Below, one piece after another: positions 16,878-24,639 of a DNA stretch of 36,317 nt. The position numbers and the translations under genes are program-made. The notes under the pieces were generated by a model that was not told the origin of the DNA, made no database searches, and worked only from the letters and a program-made list of their open reading frames with translations. Every line of letters begins with the position of its first letter. Within the stretch, counting starts at the first letter, position 1. This DNA is from Phycisphaerae bacterium (GTDB lineage: Bacteria > Planctomycetota > Phycisphaerae > JAAYCJ01), in contig JAAZAW010000288.1 in NCBI GenBank assembly GCA_012514125.1, positions 1 to 36,317 on the forward strand, in the 5' to 3' direction.

Positions 16878-16959
16878 TGGTAAAGAGGAAGAGTTTTTTT
16901 GTTCGATCATTAATTTAATTTGTCTATAACCTCATATTAAGGATAAGGAGTTTTCAGTC

Positions 16960-19431
16960 ATGCCCAAGAGTCAGATGATCAATCCGGAAGATGTTCGTAA
17001 ACCGTCAAAGGTTGAATTTAAACCTGTTCCGGTGAATCAGTACAAAAAGACCGTTAAAGAAGAACTTTCGCGTTACAGCAAAGACGATATGGTCCGCATC
17101 CAGCGGGATATGATGGTGATTCGCGCCTTTGAGAATATGCTCAACGAGATTAAGCTTCGCGGGAATTACCAGGGGATCGAATATAATCATCGAGGTCCGG
17201 CACACTTGTCGATCGGTCAGGAAGCATCGGCGGTGGGTCAGGCGTTTTTGCTGGGGGTGGACGATCATATTTTCGGCAGCCATCGCAGTCATGGTGAAAT
17301 CCTCGCTAAAGGTCTCTCCGCCATCGAGAAGCTTGATGACAAGACTTTGATGGACGTCATGAAGAATTATTTCGATGGAGAATGTTTGAAGGTTGTCGAA
17401 AAGGACGCCAGCGGTTCTGTGAAAGATTTGGCTATTGATTTTTTGATCTATGGCGCGCTGGCGGAGATATTTGGACGAAGGGCCGGCTTTAACAAGGGGA
17501 TGGGCGGTTCGATGCACACCTTTTTCCCGCCGTTCGGTATTATGCCCAACAACGCCATTGTCGGTGGTTCGGGTACGATTTCGGTCGGAGCGGCCCTTTA
17601 TAAACATATCAATCGGAAGAAGGGGATTGTGATTTGCAATATCGGCGATGCGTCGCTGGGTTGCGGTCCGGTGTGGGAGGCGTTGTGTTTGGCGACGATG
17701 GACCAGTATCGTGAGCTTTGGGACAAGGACCATCGGGGCGGGTTGCCGATGATTTTCAATTTTTATAATAATTTTTATGGTATGGGCGGTCAGCCTGTGG
17801 GCGAGACGATGGGGTTCAAGGTTCTGGCAAGGCTTGGTGCGGGGATTATGCCGAACCAGATGCACGCGGAGCGGGTGGATGGATTTAATCCGCTGGCGGT
17901 GATCGACGCGATCGAGAGGAAGAAGAAATTAATCGAGGAGAAGGACGGGCCTGTGTTGCTCGATACGATTACGTATCGGTTCAGTGGTCACTCTCCTTCG
18001 GACGCGAGTTCTTATCGGGAGAAGTCGGAGATCGAGATGTGGCAGAATCAGGATTCGATTGTCACCTTCGGGAATGAGCTGGTGAATGCGAAGGTTTGCC
18101 AGAAGTCGGATATCGAGAAGATGCAGGAGCGGATCGACGGGTTGATTTTGAAGGCCTATAAGAAGGCGATTGATTTGGAGATTTCGCCGCGATACGACCT
18201 CAAGCAGAAAGATAGTTTGCTGGAAAAGACGATGTTCTCGAATTTGAGGATTGAGTCGATGGACACGACGCGCAAGCCTGAGGTTTTGATGGCGAAGGAA
18301 GAGAACCCGCGGGTTATTCAGTTGTCCAAGCGCAGCAGGAGCGGGTTCGATGAGAACGGGGCGAAGCTGCCCAAGAGCAAGTGCATCGGTATTCGCGACG
18401 CGATTTTTGAAGCGATGATCGACCGGTTTTATATCGATCCGACGATGGTGGCGTATGGGGAAGAGAATCGCGACTGGGGCGGTGCGTTTGCGGTATATCG
18501 CGGATTGACCGAATCGTTGCCTTATCATCGGTTGTTTAATTCGCCGATTTCCGAGGCGGCGATTGTGGGTTCGGCGTGCGGTTATGCGATGGAAGGTGGG
18601 CGCGTGGTTTGCGAACTGATGTACTGCGATTTTATGGGCAGAGCGGGGGATGAGATCTTCAACCAGATATGCAAGTGGCAGTCGATGTCGGGCGGATTGT
18701 TGAAGATGCCGCTGGTCCTTCGGGTGTCGGTGGGTTCGAAGTATGGTGCGCAGCATAGCCAGGACTGGACGGCATTGGCGGCGCATATTCCGGGCCTTAA
18801 AGTTCTGTTCCCGGCGACACCTTATGACGCGAAGGGACTTTTGAACGCGGCATTGGTTGGGACGGATCCGGTAATTTTCTTTGAGAGTCAGCGGATTTAC
18901 GATCAGCCTGAAGAGTTTGTCAAGGGCGGAGTTCCGACGGGATTTTATGAAGTTCCGATGGGCGAGCCTGATGTCAAGAAGGAAGGCAAGGATTTGACGA
19001 TATTGACGATAGGTGCGACGTTGTATCGGGCGTTGGAGGCGGCGAAGACACTGGAAGAGAAATACGGTGTGAGCTGCGAAGTGATCGACGCTCGTTCGAT
19101 AGTGCCGTTTAATTATGAGAAGGTGATTGTCTCGGTGAAAAAGACCCGCAAGATTTTGCTGGCCAGCGACGCGTGCGAACGGGGCAGTGTGCTTCAGACG
19201 ATGGCGGCGAAGATTTCGCAGTTGGCGTTTGACGAGTTGGACGCGCCGCCTGTGGTGGTGGGGGCGCGTAATTGGATCACGCCGCAGGATGAAGTGGAAG
19301 ACGCGTTTTTCCCGTATCCGGTTGATGTGATCGACGCGGTACATGAGCATATTTTGCCGCTTAAGGGTTATACCGTGAGCAGAGATTGCTCGAACGCGGA
19401 TTTTGTACGGCGATATAAACAGGGTGTTTAG
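16960..19431 (+). CDS. Fused E1 alpha-beta component of a 2-oxoacid/acetoin-type dehydrogenase complex (ThDP-dependent)
   Basis: 823 aa. The N-half is E1-alpha-like ([19 protein letters not shown]...NFYNN ThDP motif). After a roughly 70-aa linker, the C-half is E1-beta-like ([12 protein letters not shown], ...GAQHSQD...). AAGGAG RBS. Confidence 0.85.
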   Translation: MPKSQMINPEDVRKPSKVEFKPVPVNQYKKTVKEELSRYSKDDMVRIQRDMMVIRAFENMLNEIKLRGNYQGIEYNHRGPAHLSIGQEASAVGQAFLLGVDDHIFGSHRSHGEILAKGLSAIEKLDDKTLMDVMKNYFDGECLKVVEKDASGSVKDLAIDFLIYGALAEIFGRRAGFNKGMGGSMHTFFPPFGIMPNNAIVGGSGTISVGAALYKHINRKKGIVICNIGDASLGCGPVWEALCLATMDQYRELWDKDHRGGLPMIFNFYNNFYGMGGQPVGETMGFKVLARLGAGIMPNQMHAERVDGFNPLAVIDAIERKKKLIEEKDGPVLLDTITYRFSGHSPSDASSYREKSEIEMWQNQDSIVTFGNELVNAKVCQKSDIEKMQERIDGLILKAYKKAIDLEISPRYDLKQKDSLLEKTMFSNLRIESMDTTRKPEVLMAKEENPRVIQLSKRSRSGFDENGAKLPKSKCIGIRDAIFEAMIDRFYIDPTMVAYGEENRDWGGAFAVYRGLTESLPYHRLFNSPISEAAIVGSACGYAMEGGRVVCELMYCDFMGRAGDEIFNQICKWQSMSGGLLKMPLVLRVSVGSKYGAQHSQDWTALAAHIPGLKVLFPATPYDAKGLLNAALVGTDPVIFFESQRIYDQPEEFVKGGVPTGFYEVPMGEPDVKKEGKDLTILTIGATLYRALEAAKTLEEKYGVSCEVIDARSIVPFNYEKVIVSVKKTRKILLASDACERGSVLQTMAAKISQLAFDELDAPPVVVGARNWITPQDEVEDAFFPYPVDVIDAVHEHILPLKGYTVSRDCSNADFVRRYKQGV

Positions 19432-19565
19432 GACGGGCGTGAATTCGCGAACCCAACGTTCATTTCAGACTTGAGCGGAACGTTGGATTTTAAGAAAACG
19501 CATCCGATGAGAAGGGCAGGTTTGTTCCCCTGCCGGCCTAATGGCTGGATTATTATAGAAAGCGC

Positions 19566-19607
19566 GGGCGAGTTGGAGAAATCCAATTCGCCCTTGTGCT
19601 TTGTGTG
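19566..19607 (+). terminator. Candidate intrinsic terminator or stable hairpin downstream of E1
   Basis: GGGCGAGTTGGA-GAAA-TCCAATTCGCCC: a 12-bp stem with one G-U pair and a GAAA tetraloop, followed by TTGTGCTTTGTGTG (T-rich but interrupted). Confidence 0.4.
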
Positions 19608-19670
19608 CCAGGTGTGTTGGAGGTGCGAGTCCTCTTCGGGCCGTGGGCCACTCCTACCCGATTTCTTTTA

Positions 19671-21479
19671 TTACTGCGTCAAATCCGTTGCTATTGTGAC
19701 GTCGTGGATCAGCAGACAACTGCCGGCGTCGGCGATCAGCAGGGCGGCTTGGGGTGGGTGGTTCGCCAGTGTCAGCGTCCATTCGATGGTGTGCAGGCCC
19801 AGGGAAATGTCCACGTCGGCGAAGGTTTCTTCAAAAGCCCGGTGTGTCATGGGGAAGAAAATCGCATCTTTGTAATCGATGATTTTCTTGCCGTCAATGC
19901 TCAGTGTGCCTGAACCGTTGCTGGCGAGAATGAAACGCACTCGCTGCTTTCGCGGGAAGTGAAATTTCGACTTTGCGGTGATCGTTTTGCCCGGAACGAC
20001 GGTCAACGTTTTTGAATCGGTCGGCAGGAGCATTCGTTCGGGCAGCCAAAGACTTTGCCGGTGATTGTCGATTTGCATGTCCCACTGCCAGGCGCTGATT
20101 AGCGGCAGACGATGGTCCTGGCGCAGGCCGTTTTTGGCGAGCCTGAGTGTGATGTATTCATAATACATCCGAAGCCGATCGGGCACGGAGAAGACCATTT
20201 CGATTTGTCGAGTTTCGCCGGTTTTTAAATTCAACGTCGCGGGTGTTTGAGTCGTCAGCGTCCACTGCGCGGGAAGCAGCATTTCCAGATTCGCATCGAT
20301 CGTATCGTTGGATTCGTTTTTGAATTCCAGCGTGATCGGGATCGTGCCGCCGGGGATGAAGGTGAAGCCTTGGGGGTAAATCGCGGTGATTTTCAGAGGT
20401 TTCACGGCCAGCAAGATGCTATTGAAGGAGGCGTCGATTTCGAAGACACCGAGCTTGATGTCGGTGTTTGTTGTTTGGGTGGGGCCGTCGGTGAATTGAA
20501 CCTTTTCGGAACGGGCTTTGATCATTTGTTCCGCGAGACGGATGGTTTGTTCTGCAAATTCGTCGATTGTCGCAGGGGAATTCATATTTTTCATGTTCGG
20601 GGAAAGGACCAGTTCGTTGCTGATCGGCGGTTTCCATTCTTCACCGATGCCGTCCGGATCGACAATGCCCAGTAGGGCACCGAGTGTTGCGCCGGTGCAA
20701 TCGGTGTCCTGGCCACAGTTGACGGCGATGCAAATTGCCTCGCCGAAGTCTTTTCCTGCAATCCAGCCTAGTATTGCAAAGGCGAGGTTTTGTGCGGCGT
20801 CGGTGAAATTCGGATGGCCGAACTCGGCAAGGATTTTTTCGCGTGTTTTTCGCCAATCGCCGGTTTCCTGATACCACCGGATGGTCGAGCGGACGGCGCG
20901 GGCGATTTTGGATTCTTTCGGGATTGCCGAGAGTCCGATTTCGAGGAGTTTTTCGCGATTTTGGATTACAAAGGCGGCTGATTCCATTGCAGCCATGAAG
21001 AGTTCACCCCAGATGCCTTCGCCGTCGTGGTCGAGGATGGCGTCTTCGTAGGCCAGTTTGCATGCCAGTTTCGGGTCGCCGGGCGCGAGGACGGCCCAGA
21101 TTTCGCTACGGATGGGGCTTCCCATGCAATCGCCGCAGAAGTTTGAATGATGGCCGCTGGCGGGGGGGAAGATTTTCCGGGCAAAATTTGCGGAGGCAGA
21201 GCCGTATTCGTCCCAGGGGAAATCGCTATGTTCATACCAGCCTTGGGCGAGGTCGATGCGGTTCAGAAACGGTCCGTGACGGTCGATCAGTTGTGCCCAG
21301 AGGACTTGCAGATCGAGGTCGTCGTTGGGGATGGCGCCTTTGGGGACCGGATCGTAAAATTTGAGGTCCAGCACATTGGAATTGCCTTCGTGGGGCATGC
21401 CGAGGGTTCCGCCGATGGCTTTGCCAAGCCAGCAGCCTGAAACACGTTTGCGAAAATCGTCACGGGAAATCGTAATCAT
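19671..21479 (-). CDS. ADP-ribosylglycohydrolase-fold protein fused to a roughly 270-aa C-terminal domain of unknown function
   Basis: 602 aa. N-terminal GCWLGKAIGGTLGMPHEG, NDDLD and CGQDTDCTGATLGALLG are ARH-family metal-site blocks. The C-terminal half looks beta-rich and has no motif I recognise. Confidence 0.75.
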   Translation of the reverse strand: MITISRDDFRKRVSGCWLGKAIGGTLGMPHEGNSNVLDLKFYDPVPKGAIPNDDLDLQVLWAQLIDRHGPFLNRIDLAQGWYEHSDFPWDEYGSASANFARKIFPPASGHHSNFCGDCMGSPIRSEIWAVLAPGDPKLACKLAYEDAILDHDGEGIWGELFMAAMESAAFVIQNREKLLEIGLSAIPKESKIARAVRSTIRWYQETGDWRKTREKILAEFGHPNFTDAAQNLAFAILGWIAGKDFGEAICIAVNCGQDTDCTGATLGALLGIVDPDGIGEEWKPPISNELVLSPNMKNMNSPATIDEFAEQTIRLAEQMIKARSEKVQFTDGPTQTTNTDIKLGVFEIDASFNSILLAVKPLKITAIYPQGFTFIPGGTIPITLEFKNESNDTIDANLEMLLPAQWTLTTQTPATLNLKTGETRQIEMVFSVPDRLRMYYEYITLRLAKNGLRQDHRLPLISAWQWDMQIDNHRQSLWLPERMLLPTDSKTLTVVPGKTITAKSKFHFPRKQRVRFILASNGSGTLSIDGKKIIDYKDAIFFPMTHRAFEETFADVDISLGLHTIEWTLTLANHPPQAALLIADAGSCLLIHDVTIATDLTQ

Positions 21480-21655
21480 TTTGGGGTATCCTTTGTTTTA
21501 TTTTACCGACATTTTTGAGACGATATTATACAAATGCCAGACCAAAGGCAAAATCGAAGTTATGTATAAATCCCTTTTTTCTTGTATGAAACCCGCAGGA
21601 GTCTGGGAAGGCGGATTACGAAATCCGGGGGCGTTGAAATTTGTTGCGAACGTCC

Positions 21656-21684
21656 TTGACCGAATTGGACGGATTCTGTACTAT
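21656..21684 (+). promoter_or_regulatory. Sigma-70-like promoter TTGACC-17 nt-TACTAT placed for a near-leaderless tyrS transcript
   Basis: Hexamers and 17-nt spacing counted directly. The -10 ends 6 nt before the tyrS ATG at 21691, and no SD sequence fits in between. Confidence 0.35.
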
Positions 21685-21690
21685 TATGCC

Positions 21691-22908
21691 ATGATGAGTA
21701 ATACAATAATAAGCGAACAGTTGATTGCGTTAAAACGCGGCGTAGAGGCGATTTACAGCGAACAGGAACTTGCGCAGAAGTTGACCCGCTCGGCGACTTT
21801 GGGCAAACAGCTCCGTATCAAGCTTGGTATGGACCCGACCTCGCCGGATATTCATCTCGGGCATTCGGTTATCCTTCGCAAGCTTCGTCAGTTCCAGGAG
21901 ATGGGACACAAAGCCGTTCTGATTATCGGTGATTTCACGGCGATGATCGGCGACCCCTCCGGGCGCAGCAAGACCAGGCCGGTGCTTTCGCCCACACAGA
22001 TCAAACAAAATGGTGAAACCTATTTTCAACAGGCGGGAAAGATTTTGCTCACCGACGACGAGCATCTGGAAATCCGCTATAACAGTTCCTGGCTGGCGGA
22101 GATGAAATTTGCCGATGTCCTCAAGCTGGCAGCCAAAATGACCGTCGGTCAGATGCTCAAGCGCGAGGATTTCCGAAATCGTTTCGAGAAAGAAACGCCC
22201 ATCGGGGTGCACGAATTTTGCTATCCGCTGATGCAGGGGTATGACTCGGTTGTCATCGAGGCGGACGTCGAACTCGGTGGTACGGATCAGACGTTCAATA
22301 ATCTCGTCGGCCGCGATTTGCAGATCGACGCGGGCTTTTCACCGCAGGTGGTGATGGTCATGCCGATTTTGCCGGGCATCGACGGGGTCAATAAAATGAG
22401 CAAGTCGCTCGGCAATTACATCGGACTCAACGATCCGCCCAAGCTGATGTTCGAAAAAATCATGAGCATTCCCGATCAATTGATGAAGCCTTATTTTACG
22501 TTGCTCACGAGCATCGACACGCAGACCATCGATACGCTGGTGGATGCGAATAAGACGCATCCCAAGCAGGCCAAAGGCGTTCTCGGCAAAGAAATCGTTC
22601 GCATGTATTACGACGAGGCCCAGGCTCAATGGGCTGCGGAAGAATTCGAACGCGTTCATGCCCAGCATCAACTTCCGGAGGACTTGCCCGAAGTCAAAGT
22701 CGCCAATGCCGAACCTCAGATGGTCGCGAAACTGCTGGCGGAACTCAAACTCGTTCCCAGCAACAGCGAAGGTCGGCGAATGATCCAGCAGGGCGGCGTT
22801 CGCGTGGACGGCGAGCAGATCACCGATGTCAACGCGACGATTACTCCAACCAGCGGCATGGTCTTGCAGGTCGGTCGACGAAAATTCGCCCGATTGATTG
22901 TTGGATAA
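21691..22908 (+). CDS. tyrS: Tyrosine--tRNA ligase (Thermus-like type with a C-terminal S4-like domain)
   Basis: HIGH motif (DIHLGH), KMSKS present, and long blocks match recalled type-2 TyrS (HKAVLIIGDFTAMIGDPSGRSKTRP). The start MMSNT at 21691 fits homologue N-termini. The ORF-track extension to 21361 overlaps the ARH gene. Confidence 0.92.
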   Translation: MMSNTIISEQLIALKRGVEAIYSEQELAQKLTRSATLGKQLRIKLGMDPTSPDIHLGHSVILRKLRQFQEMGHKAVLIIGDFTAMIGDPSGRSKTRPVLSPTQIKQNGETYFQQAGKILLTDDEHLEIRYNSSWLAEMKFADVLKLAAKMTVGQMLKREDFRNRFEKETPIGVHEFCYPLMQGYDSVVIEADVELGGTDQTFNNLVGRDLQIDAGFSPQVVMVMPILPGIDGVNKMSKSLGNYIGLNDPPKLMFEKIMSIPDQLMKPYFTLLTSIDTQTIDTLVDANKTHPKQAKGVLGKEIVRMYYDEAQAQWAAEEFERVHAQHQLPEDLPEVKVANAEPQMVAKLLAELKLVPSNSEGRRMIQQGGVRVDGEQITDVNATITPTSGMVLQVGRRKFARLIVG

Positions 22909-22918
22909 AATTTCGATA

Positions 22919-23066
22919 ATACGCCTTGGATTTAAGCATGTCGTAATTTCGGGATCTGAGGAAAGTCGAAGGGGCTTTTGTTTGCTGACGTTATGTCGCT
23001 TCGACCCATTCGACAAGCTCAGGGACCACAGGCTCAGCGACCGAAATTGTTAAATCAAAAGCGTAT
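22919..23066. mobile_element. MITE/REP-like palindromic element, diverged copy
   Basis: Begins ATACGCCTTGGATTTAAGC and ends TTAAATCAAAAGCGTAT. Its interior shares GTCGAAGG..TGTCGCTTCGAC..GGCTCAGCGACCGAAAT with the 27573 copy. It starts 11 nt after the tyrS stop. Confidence 0.5.
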
Positions 23067-23116
23067 AATGTCATGTAATCAATACAAGGCTGTTGCTGTC
23101 TATGAGGGGTTAAACC

Positions 23117-23710
23117 ATGTTCAATAAACTACCCGCACTATCCGATCCGGTACGATACGCAGGTCTGTATATTTTCGATTTCGGTACTCGTGTTGCCGTC
23201 GGTTATACCGCTCAGGAAATCCGATATCTTCTGGATGATCCAAAATACGCCGGCGGATCGGTCTATAAAATCTATCGGGCGCACTCCGACGGCACGCTGG
23301 AAATTCGGCGTATCGAACCTGCGGGGTTGAGCAGTTTGACGGGGATGGTTTTTCACTTTGCCGATCGGGCCGACGCAATCGCCGGGGCTGAACATCTTAA
23401 AAAATTATCGTTGGAAATTTCGCCGCCGGAAAGGTTCGAACTTTTCGTTATGGAACTCACCGGCGAAGATTGGCCTTTCGTGATGGTGATGCGATACAAT
23501 CAGGAATGTGAAGATGAATTGGCGGCGTGGATGATCAAAATCGATTATACCCTTGGAAGCCGGGTCGAAGGCGGGCGCTTGCCTGTCGCGCAGGTATTAA
23601 AAAAAGGCACCGAAGTGCTGCGGGAGCACATCGGTGCCGAGGATACTTTTCGTCGTTCGCGATCCAGAACCGAGGTTCTGGAAAGCGTCGATCTTTCCGT
23701 TCAACGATAA
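23117..23710 (+). CDS. Hypothetical protein, no recognisable domain
   Basis: 197-aa ORF with a GAGGGG RBS 7 nt upstream and balanced composition, unlike the shadow ORFs. I recognise no motifs. Confidence 0.6.
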   Translation: MFNKLPALSDPVRYAGLYIFDFGTRVAVGYTAQEIRYLLDDPKYAGGSVYKIYRAHSDGTLEIRRIEPAGLSSLTGMVFHFADRADAIAGAEHLKKLSLEISPPERFELFVMELTGEDWPFVMVMRYNQECEDELAAWMIKIDYTLGSRVEGGRLPVAQVLKKGTEVLREHIGAEDTFRRSRSRTEVLESVDLSVQR

Positions 23711-23714
23711 ATCG

Positions 23715-24266
23715 TTATGCCTGAGGTTCTGCTTGCGTCTCAGCCGAATCAAGAACGTTTTGAAGCTGATGAACGTCGAGAACCTTGTCGATATCGAGCA
23801 GAATTTTGACGTTTTCTTTCGACTTGGCCAGACCCAGAATGATCTCGCTGTTGACTTCCGAACTCATCGGGGGCGGCGGTTCGATTTCTTCACCGGAAAT
23901 GTCCGCGACTTCCTGAACCGAATCGACGATCGTACCGACCATCCCGCCGACATCGATGACGATAATACATGTCTGGTCCGTATATTCGACTTGCGGCAAG
24001 GAAAATTTTGTCCGCAGGTCGATGACCGGAATCACCTTGCCGCGAAGATTGATAACGCCCTTGACATAGCTGGGCATTTGCGGAACTTTGGTGATGTCCA
24101 TCAGTCCGATAATTTCACGGACTTTCAAAATCTGAACGCCGTATTCTTCGTCGCCCAGTTTGAAAGTCAGATACTTGCCGCCAAGACTTCCATCAGGTGC
24201 ATGTTCGTTTCCCTGATGAATCGACGCGTTCATTTTTGTATGCTGTTCTGCGATTCCGGTGGCCAT
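23715..24266 (-). CDS. cheW: Chemotaxis coupling protein CheW
   Basis: YLTFKLGDEEYGVQILKVREI...VKGVINLRGKVIPVIDLR is a classic CheW domain. The ATG at 24266 has a GGAGG RBS 8 nt upstream; the ORF-track start at 24281 lies inside that RBS. Confidence 0.88.
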   Translation of the reverse strand: MATGIAEQHTKMNASIHQGNEHAPDGSLGGKYLTFKLGDEEYGVQILKVREIIGLMDITKVPQMPSYVKGVINLRGKVIPVIDLRTKFSLPQVEYTDQTCIIVIDVGGMVGTIVDSVQEVADISGEEIEPPPPMSSEVNSEIILGLAKSKENVKILLDIDKVLDVHQLQNVLDSAETQAEPQA

Positions 24267-24639
24267 TTCATATACCTCCATAAAAAATCTTTTTTTCCGA
24301 CAACCCCCATATCATTGTTATTTCTTCTTTCGGTAAAAAAACAGACAGGCTTTGAAACAAAAACGTTTTTATTAATCAGGCTGTGGTTGCCGACATCAAG
24401 TAGGGCATTTCCATTCTGAAACGTCGATTCCCCCACTTTTTCTTTCAGACAAAGCCCGCTTACGTCCGATAGTAAAAACAGGTGCGCTATTCGAATAGAA
24501 TGGGCGCCGCATACTATTTTTACTCAGGTATAAACAACACATGATTCTTTTGTGATATCTCCACCCTCGGACGTGTCAAATGAATCATGCAAAATTACAA
24601 TAATATTATTATTAATTGGTGAAAACAGGTTATATTTAA

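Noticed and set aside
19594-19610. Second TGGCAC-containing sequence (minus strand TGGCACACAAAGCACAA) as a sigma-54 promoter
   Set aside because: The GC of the -12 element is 2 nt too close to the GG of the -24 element. The site also lies downstream of, not upstream of, any minus-strand gene.
19471-19913. 134-aa and 105-aa plus-strand ORFs after E1
   Set aside because: They overlap the 3' end of the ARH gene in antisense. They are Cys/Trp/Arg-rich with no RBS, and they cross a hairpin-rich convergent intergenic region.
21361-21690. N-terminal 110-codon extension of the tyrS ORF
   Set aside because: It overlaps the 5' end of the ARH gene on the other strand and has no similarity to TyrS N-termini. 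Homologue alignment supports the ATG at 21691.
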